Assembly: GCF_037042905.1 (NCBI RefSeq)
Contig: NC_087245.1
Span: 310,001-374,000 of the forward strand
From: Lytechinus pictus
Taxonomy: Eukaryota
DNA: 64,000 nt
Direction: 5' to 3'
Part shown: positions 13,338 to 25,855 of the stretch, piece by piece
How the letters are laid out: every line of letters starts with the position of its first letter
How positions within the stretch are numbered: the first letter of the stretch is position 1
Made by a program: the position numbers and the translations under genes
Notes under the pieces: model-generated
Databases searched by the model: none
What the model was told of the DNA's origin: nothing
The model's input: the letters and a program-made list of their open reading frames with translations, nothing else

Positions 13338-13576
13338 CACTGGCGTAATGAGCAAAAATATTCAGGGGGCAAGATATGGCGTAATACGCGTAAAAATATA
13401 TAAATAGTTGCGAGGGAGCAAAAATTTCGACATTTTTATTACAAAAATCAAATTTTGTGATAGATTGTGATATGATTTTCAGAAAATAATATCATATTTC
13501 ACCTTCTTTTGTTTATTTTTCTCTTTTTTTCTGGGTCGTGAAAAATTGGGGGGGGGGGGGGGTCTTTACGTAACTG
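13338..13576. mobile_element. hAT-like MITE
   Basis: CACTGGCGTAA...TTACGTAACTG; 8-bp TSD GCATGCAT/GCATGCAA; poly-G tract. Confidence 0.65.
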
Positions 13577-13640
13577 GCATGCAAGATCTTCTCGTCCATT
13601 GCGCTGGGACTCCCACGCGGTCTGCCTGATGGGTGCTCTC

Positions 13641-16600
13641 TATGAGGCGCCGAATGTACCAATATTATATAGAACAATTATTTGTTATATAATCATTATT
13701 TATTAAATAATAACTATTATTTATATATAATTTACATTTTATTTGTAAATAACTACTATTATATAAAATATCATTTCTAATTATTTATATATAATTCCAA
13801 GTAATACTTCATTATTTGTAAATAATAATAGTTCGACATTCCATTATTTATAAATAATGATTATTTGTTTTTCATTATTTATAAATAATGATTATTTGTT
13901 TTTCATTATTTATAAATAATGATTATTTGTTTTTCATTATTTATAAATAATGATTATTTGTTTTTCATTATTTATAAATAATGATTATTTGTTTTTCATT
14001 ATTTACAAATAATGATTATTTGTTTTTCATTATTTATAAATAATGATTATTTGTTTTTCATTATTTATAAATAATTTGTTGAGTTTTCCATTATTTATAA
14101 ATAATGATTATTTGTTAAATAATGAAAACGTCTACTTCATTATTTATAAATAATTTTTTCGAGTGCACCATTATTCTCATTATTTATAAATAATCATTAT
14201 TTAATGTTCGAGTTTTCCATTATTTATAAATAAAGATTATTTGTTAAATAATGAAATATCTACTTCATTATTTATAAATAATAATTTTGTTTCAATATCC
14301 CATTAATCATTATTTATAAACAATTTTTACAGTTTGCCATTATATACAAATAATCATTATTTATATACAAATAACCATTATTTATTAAATAATGCCATTA
14401 TTTATTAAATAATGCCATTATTTATTAAATAATGCCATTATTTATTAAATAATGGAAAACTCGCTATAACATGCAAATGTGGGACCGCCCATGATATGAA
14501 TATTCATGATGCGATTTCCTTTTTCGTGATTTTTCTTCACAAATTTTTGTCCATTTCCTCTTCATAATGACATTTCTTGAAGCAATTTTCTAGGGATATG
14601 GTCTGATTGTAATATTCTTCATTTTCTATATAACTTCGTCTTCGTAGAAATATCAAAAAGTGTAATTTTATACGATTTTTCCTACAGTTCACAATCCCCA
14701 TAGGCGCGCGTGTACGGTAGGGACAACCGGTGAATCGACGGAGTGCTCTTCATCGAAATACTACGTTGGTTGGTCCCCGGAAGTGGCGGGCGGAATTTAG
14801 CCCGAATCCTCGATGGAAGTCGATCAAGTGCATATGAGCTGAGAGAGTGAAATATCAGTGTACTTGTACAGGCCCTTCTACTTTTTATAAATATTTCTTG
14901 TTGCTTTTTTTGTTAAGTTAATTTTTCCTGGTGTAGAGATAAGTTTCAGTTCTAATAATGCACTTCAAATACATTTTGGAGTGTCTGTTTGAGGCGTTTG
15001 GGGCGATTTCACCCTGGCCCCAAAATGCTCGCAACGACAATACGGGGGCATGATGACCCCTAAATTTTTAAAAACTTATTTTTCTATTGAAAATTATCAC
15101 AAAATTTACCAAAAGTGTGCACGAAAGCCTTCGTATTTCACTTTTAAAACTCAAAAAAGTGCCCAAATGACAAGCTTGGTCGCTTCGCTGTGTCGCTTTC
15201 AACTTGAGAACGTTTACGCGTCTGCTTCCCCCCCCCCCCCCCTCCTCCGAAAGAAATTATGTATACGGCCATGCTCTAAAGAGCCTGGCACATTGATTTA
15301 TGTATACTTCATTTTCATTATTTTTATCTCATTATCATCATGGCCTTACGCAGAATTTTTTCCGGGGGGGGGGTGGGGGGAGCAGGACGCGCGTAAACTT
15401 TCTCATAAAAATCTTGAAAAAGCGAAGCAACCAAGCTTGTCATTTGAGCTTGGTCGCGTCGCTGTCTCGCTTTCAAGATTTTTTTGAGAAACTTTACGCG
15501 CGTCCTAGCTGCTCCCCCCCCCCCCCCCCCCCCCCGGTAAAAATTCTGTGTAAGGCCATGATGATAATGTGATAAAAATAATGAAAATGAAAAGTACATA
15601 TAAATCAATGTGCCATATGCTCTTTTGAGCATGGCCGTTCACAGAATTTCTTTCGGGGGGTGGGGGCAGACGCGCGTAAACGTTCTCAAGTTGAAAGCGA
15701 GACAGCGAAGCGACCAAGCTTGTCATTTGGGCTTGGTCCCGTGGCTGTCTCGCTTTCAAGATTTTTTTGAGAAAGTTTACGCGCGTCGTGCTCCGGCCCC
15801 GGCCCCCCTGGAAAAAATTCAGCGTAAGGCCATGTTGATAATGAGATAAAAATAATGAAAATGAAAGTATACATAAATCAATGTGCCAGGCTCTTTAGAG
15901 CATGGCCGTATACAGAATTTCTTTCGGAGGAGGGGGGGGGGGAAGCAGACGCGTAAACGTTCTCAAGTTGAAAGCGACACAGCGAAGCGACCAAGCTTGT
16001 CATTTGGGCACTTTTTGGAGTTTTAAAAGTGAAATACGAAGGCTTTCGTGCACACTTTTGGTGAATTTTGAGATAATTTTCAATAGAAAAATAAGTTTTT
16101 AAAAATTTAGGGGTCATCATGCCCCCGTATTGTCGTTGCGAGCATTTTGGGGCCAGGGTGAAATCGCCCCAAACGCCTCAAACAGACACTCCAAAATGTA
16201 TTTGAAGTGCATTATTAGAACTGAAACTTATCTCTACACCAGGAAAAATTAACTTAACAAAAAAAGCAACAAGAAATATTTATAAAAAGTAGAAGGGCCT
16301 GTACAAGTACACTGATATTTCACTCTCTCAGCTCATATGCACTTGATCGACTTCCATCGAGGATTCGGGCTAAATTCCGCCCGCCACTTCCGGGGACCAA
16401 CCAACGTAGTATTTCGATGAAGAGCACTCCGTCGATTCACCGGTTGTCCCTACCGTACACGCGCGCCTATGGGGATTGTGAACTGTAGGAAAAATCGTAT
16501 AAAATTACACTTTTTGATATTTCTACGAAGACGAAGTTATATAGAAAATGAAGAATATTGCAATCAGACCATATCCCTAGAAAATTGCTTCAAGAAATGT

Positions 16601-17529
16601 CATTATGAAGAGGAAATGGACAAAAATTTGTGAAGAAAAATCACGAAAAAGGAAATCGCATCATGAATATTCATATCATGGGCGGTCCCACATTTGCATG
16701 TTATAGCGAGTTTTCCATTATTTAATAAATAATGGCATTATTTAATAAATAATGGCATTATTTAATAAATAATGGCATTATTTAATAAATAATGGTTATT
16801 TGTATATAAATAATGATTATTTGTATATAATGGCAAACTGTAAAAATTGTTTATAAATAATGATTAATGGGATATTGAAACAAAATTATTATTTATAAAT
16901 AATGAAGTAGATATTTCATTATTTAACAAATAATCTTTATTTATAAATAATGGAAAACTCGAACATTAAATAATGATTATTTATAAATAATGAGAATAAT
17001 GGTGCACTCGAAAAAATTATTTATAAATAATGAAGTAGACGTTTTCATTATTTAACAAATAATCATTATTTATAAATAATGGAAAACTCAACAAATTATT
17101 TATAAATAATGAAAAACAAATAATCATTATTTATAAATAATGAAAAACAAATAATCATTATTTGTAAATAATGAAAAACAAATAATCATTATTTATAAAT
17201 AATGAAAAACAAATAATCATTATTTATAAATAATGAAAAACAAATAATCATTATTTATAAATAATGAAAAACAAATAATCATTATTTATAAATAATGAAA
17301 AACAAATAATCATTATTTATAAATAATGGAATGTCGAACTATTATTATTTACAAATAATGAAGTATTACTTGGAATTATATATAAATAATTAGAAATGAT
17401 ATTTTATATAATAGTAGTTATTTACAAATAAAATGTAAATTATATATAAATAATAGTTATTATTTAATAAATAATGATTATATAACAAATAATTGTTCTA
17501 TATAATATTGGTACATTCGGCGCCTCATA
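13641..17529. mobile_element. 3,889-bp foldback DNA transposon with ~1.7-kb TIRs and 6-bp TSD (IS3EU-like, non-autonomous)
   Basis: Ends TATGAGGCGCCGAATGTACC...GGTACATTCGGCGCCTCATA; TSD GCTCTC at 13635-13640 and 17530-17535. Mirrored coordinates sum to 31170 from the termini to at least 15050/16120, so there is no net indel over 1.4 kb. No transposase ORF. Confidence 0.9.
13842..14455. repeat. AT-rich 31-bp and 20-bp tandem repeats in the left TIR (mirrored at about 16715-17328)
   Basis: About 7 copies of tttttcattatttataaataatgattatttg, then degenerate copies, then 3-4 copies of tttattaaataatgccatta. Confidence 0.9.
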
Positions 17530-17647
17530 GCTCTCGGGCATTGTCTTCTTGTGATGCACGCCTTTGCGCTGAGCCACCCACGCTTTCTACCTGTTGGATG
17601 CTCTCAAGCGCTGTGTACGGCAAACCTCGATTATAATTTACTCCGGG

Positions 17648-18283
17648 TTTTGTCTCGCCGCTTTTCCGACGGCGGCGGCGGAGTAGTCAACGTTGAAACC
17701 TTAAGTTAAATTGTTGAAATGTCATCATAACTTAAAAAGTCTATGGATCTAGTTCATGAAACTTAGACATAAGAGCTATCAAGTATCCCTGAACATCCTG
17801 TGCTAGTTTCAGGTCTCATAACCAAGGCCAAAGGTCATTTAGGGTCATCGAACTTTGGTCATGTTGGGGTATCCGTTGAATTGTCATCATAAAACAGTTT
17901 GTGGATCTAGTTCATGAAACTTGGACATAAGCGCAAGCATGTATCCCTGAACATCCTGTGTGAGTTTCAAGTCACTTGACCAAGATCAAAAGTCATTTAA
18001 GGTCAACGAACTTTGGCCATGTTGGGAGTATTTGTTGAATTGGCATCATAACATAAAAAGTTTATGTATGTAGTTCATGAAACATAGACATAAGGGGGTT
18101 AAAGTATCACTGAGTTTTTTAGTCTTAGGTCACATGATCAAGGTCAAAGGTCAGGGTCATTTTGGGCCAATGAACGAAGTATATTGATTATCATGATTAT
18201 GAATGTTTTCTTTTGTGAATAATTAGTCAATAGTTGTGTTAAAAGTAATGCAGGCGAGACTACCAGAGGCGTTAAACTTGTTT
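17648..18283 (+). mobile_element. HINE/Tsp-like element with ~160-bp monomers
   Basis: 5' tttgtctcgcc and 3' ggcgagac subterminal inverted repeat, (GGC)n microsatellite, three core monomers, T-rich flanks without a clear TSD. Confidence 0.75.
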
Positions 18284-18375
18284 CATATATTTTAATGAGT
18301 TCACAGTAACGCTCTAGCAAGAAGAGAATTTGTCGGAGTGCAACACCACTCTGTCTTAAAGGATCGCGTACGTTT

Positions 18376-21084
18376 GAGTCCAGGATAGAAGGGATCGAAC
18401 CTTGTTTTTTTAGATATACAATGTTTTTTTATGTTTTTTTTTCAATTCGAGGGTGCTGATTCCGAATCTGAATGATGCCACTCATGTAACCTTAAGCATT
18501 TTCTGCAAATTGGCAAAATCCAATATGGCCGCCAAAATATTCAAATTACCCATGAAAATCATAAAATCGTCCACACATTGGCTATAAAGTACATGCAGTT
18601 GTGCTGCCGGAGTAAAATACTATGTGAAAAAAATATTTTTCACGAAATATTTATTTTCTTGATATTCAAAATGGCCGCCATAGACCCCTGTACAATATGA
18701 ATGGGGAAAATTAATTTTCACAAAAGTGCCAGCTCTGAAATGCAAGTAGTAATGATCTATGGGTAAAGTAATGTATGAAAACATGATTGCTAACGATATA
18801 TATCATTTGTTATGTCATGTATGTGATAAATCCTGTATTTTGATATTCAAAATGGCCTCCAAAAGCCCTAACACTATTATGTACAATGTGAATGGGGACA
18901 AAAAAAATCACAAGAGTGAACACAAAAATGCATTTTGTTAAGATAAACGAATGGAATACTGACTAAAAACATTATTGTTAACGAAATTTATTATTTAACA
19001 TGCCATGTATGTGATAAATCCTGTATTTTGATATTTAAAATGGCCGCCAAAGGCCCTAAAATTTTAATGTACAATGTGAGAGAGGACAAAAACAATCACA
19101 AGGTGAGCACTAAAACGCATGTTTTTGTGGTAAATTAGTGGAATACTGCCTTAAAATATACTTTTCAACGAAATATATAATTCGGGTTTCATGTTTGTGT
19201 AAACTATTGTATTTTTACTTTCAAAATGGCCGCCAAAGACATTGACTGTAGTATGTACAATCGATCTGGGAAACCAATTTTCACAGGAGTCAGCACCATA
19301 AAATGCATATAATTGTGATCTAAGAGTAAAGTATTGTCTGAAAACATAATTTCTAACAAGATATATCATTTATTCTGCAAGGAAGAGATAAATAATGTGT
19401 TTTGAAAGACAAAATAGCCGCTACAGGCCCTAACGGTAGGCCTATTATGTACTATGTGAATGGGAACATATAATTTTAACAGAATTTGGCTTTGCTTGAC
19501 TAAATGGTGTTGCATGTTTGAGTGTAATATCGTCTGAAAATATGATTTTTAATGAAATAGATGATTTTTTATGCTATTTAGTTGATAAATGCTATATATT
19601 TTAACATTCATAATGGCTGCAATGTGCTCTTTTTGTGTGGAAATTATCGTTCCCCATTCAAATTTTACATATTAAGATAAGGGACTATGGCGGCCATTTT
19701 TCAATTTCAAAATGCAGCATTTATCACCTTTATGACACAAGCTATGACATATTCGTTAGAAATCATTGGGTTTAGACAATACTTTACACTGTCCCCAGTT
19801 ACAATGTATATACTACTTTGGGGTCCTATGGCAGCCATTTTGAATTTCAAAGTAAGGTCTTTATCACCTTCTCGACCAATATGTGATGTATTTAGTTAGA
19901 AATCATGTTCAAGACAATATTTTACCTGTACATCACATAGTTCTCATTCTGGTGAAAATGAGTTTCCCTATACGCATGTTACATAATTTAGTTAGGGCTT
20001 GTAGCGGCCATTTTGATAGTCAAAATACAGCTAGTATTTATCACCTACATGGCAGAGGAAATGCTCTATTTCATTAAAAAAAAATCAAACAATGTTTTCC
20101 TTATACAACATAATAATATGGATTTCATAGTCAGGCAAATCCTAATTCTTTCAAAATTATTTGTCCCCATTTACATTGTAGATAAAAGTGTAAGTGCCCA
20201 TAGGGGCCATTTTGAATTTCACAATACAGCATTTATCTCATGCATGACAAAGGAAATGATATGTTTCGCTAGAAAACATGTTTTAGGCAATATTTCACTC
20301 GTAGATTACAAATACATTCATTTTATTGTTCTTACTCTTGTGAAAATTAGTTTCTTTATTCGCTTTGATCATAATACAAGTAGGGCCTATGGCAGCCATT
20401 TTGAATGTCAAAATACAGCATAATTACCGAAATGGCAAGGGAAATGATATGTATCGTTATAAATCATTGTAGTCAGACATCGTTACACCAATATTTCGCA
20501 ATTGTTGGCATTTTATAGTCAAGCATATTCAAATGTTGTGAAAATTATTTGTCTTCTTTTATATAGTGTACACAGTATAAGGGGTCTATGACAGCCATTT
20601 TGAAATACCGCATTTATCACATTAGATATACAAATTACATAGTTTTGTTAATAATCATGTTTTCAGACAGTAGTCTACTCGTAGGTCACAATCATATGCA
20701 ATAATAGTGCTCTTGTTTAAACATTATTTTCCCCCATTCATATTCTACATAATAAAGTATACAGGGGCTTATGGCGGCCAGTTTGAATATCAATAAAATC
20801 AATATTTGTTCAAATATCGCTTTTCCCAACGAGTATTTTACTTCTGCACAACAACTACATGTAGATGCATTTTATGTGTGGGCAATTTTATGATTTTCAT
20901 GGGTATTTGCATATTTTGACGGCCATATTGGGTTTTGCCAATTTGCGGAAAATGCTCAAGGTTACAAGAGTGGCATCATTCAGATTCGGAATCAGCACCC
21001 TCGAATTGACAAGAAACCATAAGTAACATTGTAAATCTAAAAAACAAGGTTCGACCCATTCTCTATGGGGCCTATCCTGTACTA
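18376..21084. mobile_element. 2.7-kb degenerate foldback (Academ-like, non-autonomous)
   Basis: GAGTCCAGGATAG...CTATCCTGTACTA ends with TTT on both sides; the outer ~300 bp are clear inverted repeats; ~185-bp internal modules with tcaaaatggccgcc flip orientation at about 19620-19690. Confidence 0.7.
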
Positions 21085-21099
21085 TTTATCACTATTTTT

Positions 21100-22480
21100 T
21101 GCAATCTTTAGACGGGTCAATATATGGTTTGACCCGGAACGAATAGCAACAAATGATTTTTAACTGTTTCTGGCAGTATTTGACCTCAGGAATAACATAC
21201 TAACAATCTACCAAATCCTCATACGGGAAAGTAGTTATTTTTAAGATGGCGTCCAAGATGGCCGCCATTCACTGAAAATGGATACAACTCATTATCCACC
21301 CTTGAATCCTACTCCGGTTCATATTCCATGGTCAAGTGGGTAAACGAGTTTATTGATACAAGATAGGGTGAATATTAGCACTCCAGTGTACCAGGAAAAT
21401 CCAAGATGGGGCCCAAAATGGCTGCCGTAGGCTAAAAAATCCACAATTCATCTATTAAGTAGCTTTAATTTGGATTCTCTTCAATGGTTTTAATGGTGAA
21501 GTAGTACATCGGGACAAGTTACAAGGACAGCAAGTGGTCTGGTGTGTCCAAAAATCCAAGATGGCTTCCAAAAATTGAGTTTAAAATGGCTGCTAATACT
21601 TAAAATGGACATAGCTCATATCATATCCACCTGTGAGATATTATTTTGGTGTCTAGACCATGGTTTCAATGGTCAAATAATACATTGGGATAAGTTACAA
21701 GGATATTCAGTGGTCCGGTATGCTCAAAAATCTAAGATGGCTTCCAAAAATGGAGTTAAAAAAATGCTGTTGCTACTTAAAGAAAAAACCCAACATAGTT
21801 TGTTCAATATCCGGGAATATGATTTTTGTGCCTATACCATGGTTGAATGGGTCAAATAATACATTGGGATAAGTTACACGGACGATGGGTGGTCAAGTAT
21901 GTCCAAAAGTCCACGGTGGCTTAAAAATAGTATAAATTAGCCGCTGGTATTTACAAATGGACATAGTGTTCATGTAATATCCGTCAAGGGCATATTATTT
22001 TGCTGTCTATATCATGGTTTTAAAAGTCAGAAAACTGGTAACAAGGACAGTCAGTGGTCCAGTGTGTCGAAAATCCAAGATGGCTTTCAAAAATCGGAGT
22101 CTAAAATGACTGCTGTTACTTTCAAAATGGACATAGTTCATATAAAATCCACCAAGGAGATGTGATTTCGGTGTCCACACTATATGGTTTCATGGATAAA
22201 ATCATACGTTTGGACTGGTTGTCCAGTTTGCCTAAAATTCCAAGAGGGTTTTCAAAAAAGGCATCTAAAATTACTCATATCACTCAATAAATGTCTGAGT
22301 TCTACAATATCTATCTGTAAGAAATAATGTTGGTGTCTAAATTGTTGGTGTCTAAATTGTGGTATGAAGGGTCAAATAATACATTCGGACAAGTAACAAG
22401 GATGGTAAGTATTACATTTTGTCAAAAATATCCATTGCGGATTCTAAAATTTCATCAAAATGGGTGCTGTTACCAACTCA
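21100..22480 (+). repeat. Interspersed repeat built of ~180-bp degenerate modules
   Basis: Recurrent aaaatccaagatggcttccaaaa...aaaatggacatag...ggtcaaataatacattgggataagttac motifs. Confidence 0.7.
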
Positions 22481-22484
22481 TGGA

Positions 22485-23357
22485 CCTAATCTTAACCGAA
22501 GGTTAAGTTTTTGAAATGACAGCATAACTTAGAAAGTATATGGACCTAGTTCATGAAACTTGGCCATAAGGTTAATCAAGTATTACTGAACATCCTGCCT
22601 GAGTTTCATGTCACATGACCAAGGTCAAAGGTCATTTAGGGTCAATGAATTTAGACCATGTTGGGGGAATCAACATCAAAATCTTAACCTAAGGTTAAGT
22701 TTTTGAAATGTCATCATAACTTAGAAAATATATGGACCTAGTTCATGAAACTTGGATATAAGGTTAATCAAGTATCACTGAACATCCTGCATGAGTTTCA
22801 CATCACATGACCAAGGTCAAAGGTCATTTAGGGTCAATGAACTTTGGCCGAATTGGGGGTATCTGTTGAATTACCATCATAACTTTGAAAGTTTATGGAT
22901 CTGATTCATGAAACTTGGACATAATAGTAATCAAGTATCACTGAACATCCTGTGCGCATTTTAGGTCACATGACCAAGGTCAAAGGTCAATGAACTTTGG
23001 CCATAATGGGGGTATATGTTGAATTACCATCATTACTTTGAAAGTTTATGGATCAGACTCGTGAAACTTGGACATAAGAGTAATCAAGTATCACTGAACA
23101 TCCTGTGCGAGTTTCAGGTCACATGATCAAGGTCAAAGGTCATGTAAGGTCAATGAACTTTGGTCACCTTGGGGGTATTTGTTGAATTACCATTATATCT
23201 CTGTAAGTGTATTGGTCTAGTTCATAAAACGTGGACATAAGAGTAACCAAGTATCACTGAACATCTTGTGCGAGTTATAGTAGTTTTCAAAGTCAGCACT
23301 GCTGCTATATTGAATCGCGTGATGCAGGTGAGACCGCCAGAGGCATTCCACTTGTTT
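22485..23357 (+). mobile_element. HINE/Tsp-like element, 5' truncated, about 5 monomers of 154-192 bp
   Basis: Same core as 17648-18283; 3' end gcaggtgagaccgccagaggcattccacttgtttc. Confidence 0.75.
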
Positions 23358-23688
23358 CATATATATACCATAGTTTTTGATGGTTTCTTGTCAATTCGAG
23401 GGTGCTGATTCAGTGATTCTGAATGTGCCACTCATCTAAACTTGAGCAGCTTCCGCAATTTGCCGCCAAAATATGCAAATTACCCATGAATATCATAAAA
23501 TTGCCCGCACATTGGCTATAAAATGCATGAAATTGTATGGCAGGAGTGAAACACTCTCTGAAAAAAAAAGATTTATGACAAAATTTTGTTTTCTTGATAT
23601 TCCAAATGGCCGCCATAGACCCCTGTATACTCTATTATGTACGATATGAATAGGGAAAATGATTTTCACAAAATTGAGCACTAATCTG

Positions 23689-24453
23689 TTTAGTTGAGTT
23701 TATGAATAACATTAACATATTTACATGAATGAATACATGTATAATACATATTTACAAGAATGTGTTTGTATAACATGAATCATATAAATGCAATTATAAC
23801 ATAACATAAGCATAGTATATATTAAAACATTATGATACCGCATGTGATATCAGCATATAATACGAAAGAGTAACATCATGTGGTTTGTCTTGATGCAGTT
23901 TCACCTGACAAGAAGCAAATACCATAAAAATTGATCGTATGCATGAACATAAATTATAAATCGTATGGGTGATTTTGTACCAAATGAAATGCTGTTAAAG
24001 GGAGAACCAAAAGTTAGCACAAGTGCTAGTCGAGAATGGTTCCCCAAAAGGATCAAAGTGCAATGTATCTACTCTACTAAAACAACTTTCTTTGATTTTT
24101 TATTCCAAACTCATATTAATCATCAAACTTCATTAATCAAGTGATTTTTCAGATTTTTACGAAATGAAAACCGTGTTCTTTTCTCTCAAATACTCTGGGG
24201 CAATCTATTCCAAAACTTCGCTCCAACAAAAGATATAGAAAAAGTGCCATGTGTCGTGTTACATTTGGGGAGTCTTAGCATGGAATGTTCTTTGCCTCTA
24301 GTTTTGTAACTATGATTTAACAACTCAAAGTATTGCTGTAAAGAATGTGGTAAATGTTCCTTGTGTAAATCATAAAACAAATGTTGATACTGCAAATCTA
24401 AAACCCCAGACTGACGAATAGTGGCCTATAGCTTGTTCTAAGTCGAGAAAATG
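23689..24453 (-). mobile_element. 5'-truncated LINE (CR1/L2-group) 3' end
   Basis: ORF 24186-24395 contains HSYKTRG...LRLPKCNTTHGTFSISFVGAKFWNRLP, typical of the C-terminal end of CR1/L2-group ORF2; 7-bp TSD TAATCTG at 23682-23688 and 24454-24460; simple-repeat tail. Confidence 0.8.
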
Positions 24454-25611
24454 TAATCTGCAAGTAATTGTGATCTATAGAACGAATTATTGTATGAAAA
24501 TCATCATTACTAACGAGATATATCACTTATTATGTCATGTATGGAAAAATTGCTGTATTTTGATATTCAAAATAGCCGCCATTGGCCCAAACAGTATTAT
24601 GCACAATCGCAATTGGGATAAGAAAAATCACAAGAGTGATCACTAAAATGCAAATTATAATGTATTCAAAGATTATGTATTAACATAAACGAGGGGAATA
24701 CTGACTAAAATTAAAATAATTGTTAACGAAATATATTAAGCGAAGTCAAATTCTGTCAAAATTATATGTCCCCTATTAGGGCCTATAAGGCAGCCATTTT
24801 GAATGTCAAAGTACAGCATTTATTACATTCATGATCAATATGTGATGTATTAGTTATAAATCATGTTTAATATGTTTAAGACAATATTTTTATTCGTACA
24901 TCACAGTTACATGCATTTTATGATTCTCACTCTTGTGAAAATAGTTTCCCTAAATGCATGTTACATAATTTTGTTAGGGCTTGTGGCGGCTATTTTTAAT
25001 GTCAAAATACAGTATTTATCACCTACATGACAGAAGAAATGCTATATTTCATAAAAATCATGTTTTCAAATATTATTGTACTCATAACAACAGGATTAAT
25101 GATAGATTTCATACTCAAGCAAATCCAAATTCTTACAAAATATATGTCCACATTTACATTGTAGATACTGTTCTATTTTTATTTTGACAATGCAGCATTT
25201 ATCACATGCATGACAAAAGAAATTATATTTTCTGCTAGAAAACATTTTCAGACAATATTTTAATCGTAGATCACAATTACAAGCGTGCATTTTATGGTTC
25301 TTACTCTTGTGAAAATTAGTTTCTCCTTTCTCATTGTACATACTAAATATAGGGCATATGGCGCCAAATTTGAATTTCAAAATACAGCATTTATCACATA
25401 CATTGCATATTAAACATCATAATTCGTTAAAAGGTATGTTTTAGTCAGTATTCCACTCGTTTATCTTAATAATATGCATTGTAGTACTCTTGTGATTTTT
25501 TTTGTCCCCATTGACATTGTACATAATACTGCTTGGGCGTTTGGTAGCATTTTGAATATCAAAATACGTCATTGAACACAAACATGACATAACAAATTAT
25601 ACATTTCGTTA

Positions 25612-25855
25612 CACTCTAAAAAAATATTGGGTAAACATGCTCCGTGGGGGTAATTATGTGTCCAACCAACACTGGGCATTTCTTTTGGGCATTTCATTTT
25701 TCCAGTGTGATGAAAATTTTGCCCATTCTAAAGTAATTGCTATTCATATTTTTCAATCTTACTGGACAATGCTTCCAGCATTGAGAAAATTCTGCCCCAA
25801 ATTTGTTGGACTCATAATTACCCTCGTGCTGGTTAAAATTTTGCCCAATACTTTT
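25612..25855. mobile_element. CAC-terminal MITE (EnSpm/CACTA-like)
   Basis: ta|CACTCTAAAAAAATATTGGGTAAA start; inverted homolog of 32736-32990. Confidence 0.65.

Noticed and set aside
15050..16120. Overlapping ORFs in the foldback core as a transposase
   Set aside because: Mirror-image translations of MITE-like units with poly-G/C tracts; no DDE motifs.
13641..17529. Giant palindrome as a chimeric-read or assembly artefact
   Set aside because: A 6-bp TSD, an asymmetric core, scattered arm mismatches and flanks that rejoin sensibly argue for a real insertion; a read-level check is still advisable.
13641..17529. Polinton/Maverick (also 6-bp TSD and long TIRs)
   Set aside because: Ends are TAT..ATA rather than AG..CT, and no integrase, polymerase or capsid remnants are visible.
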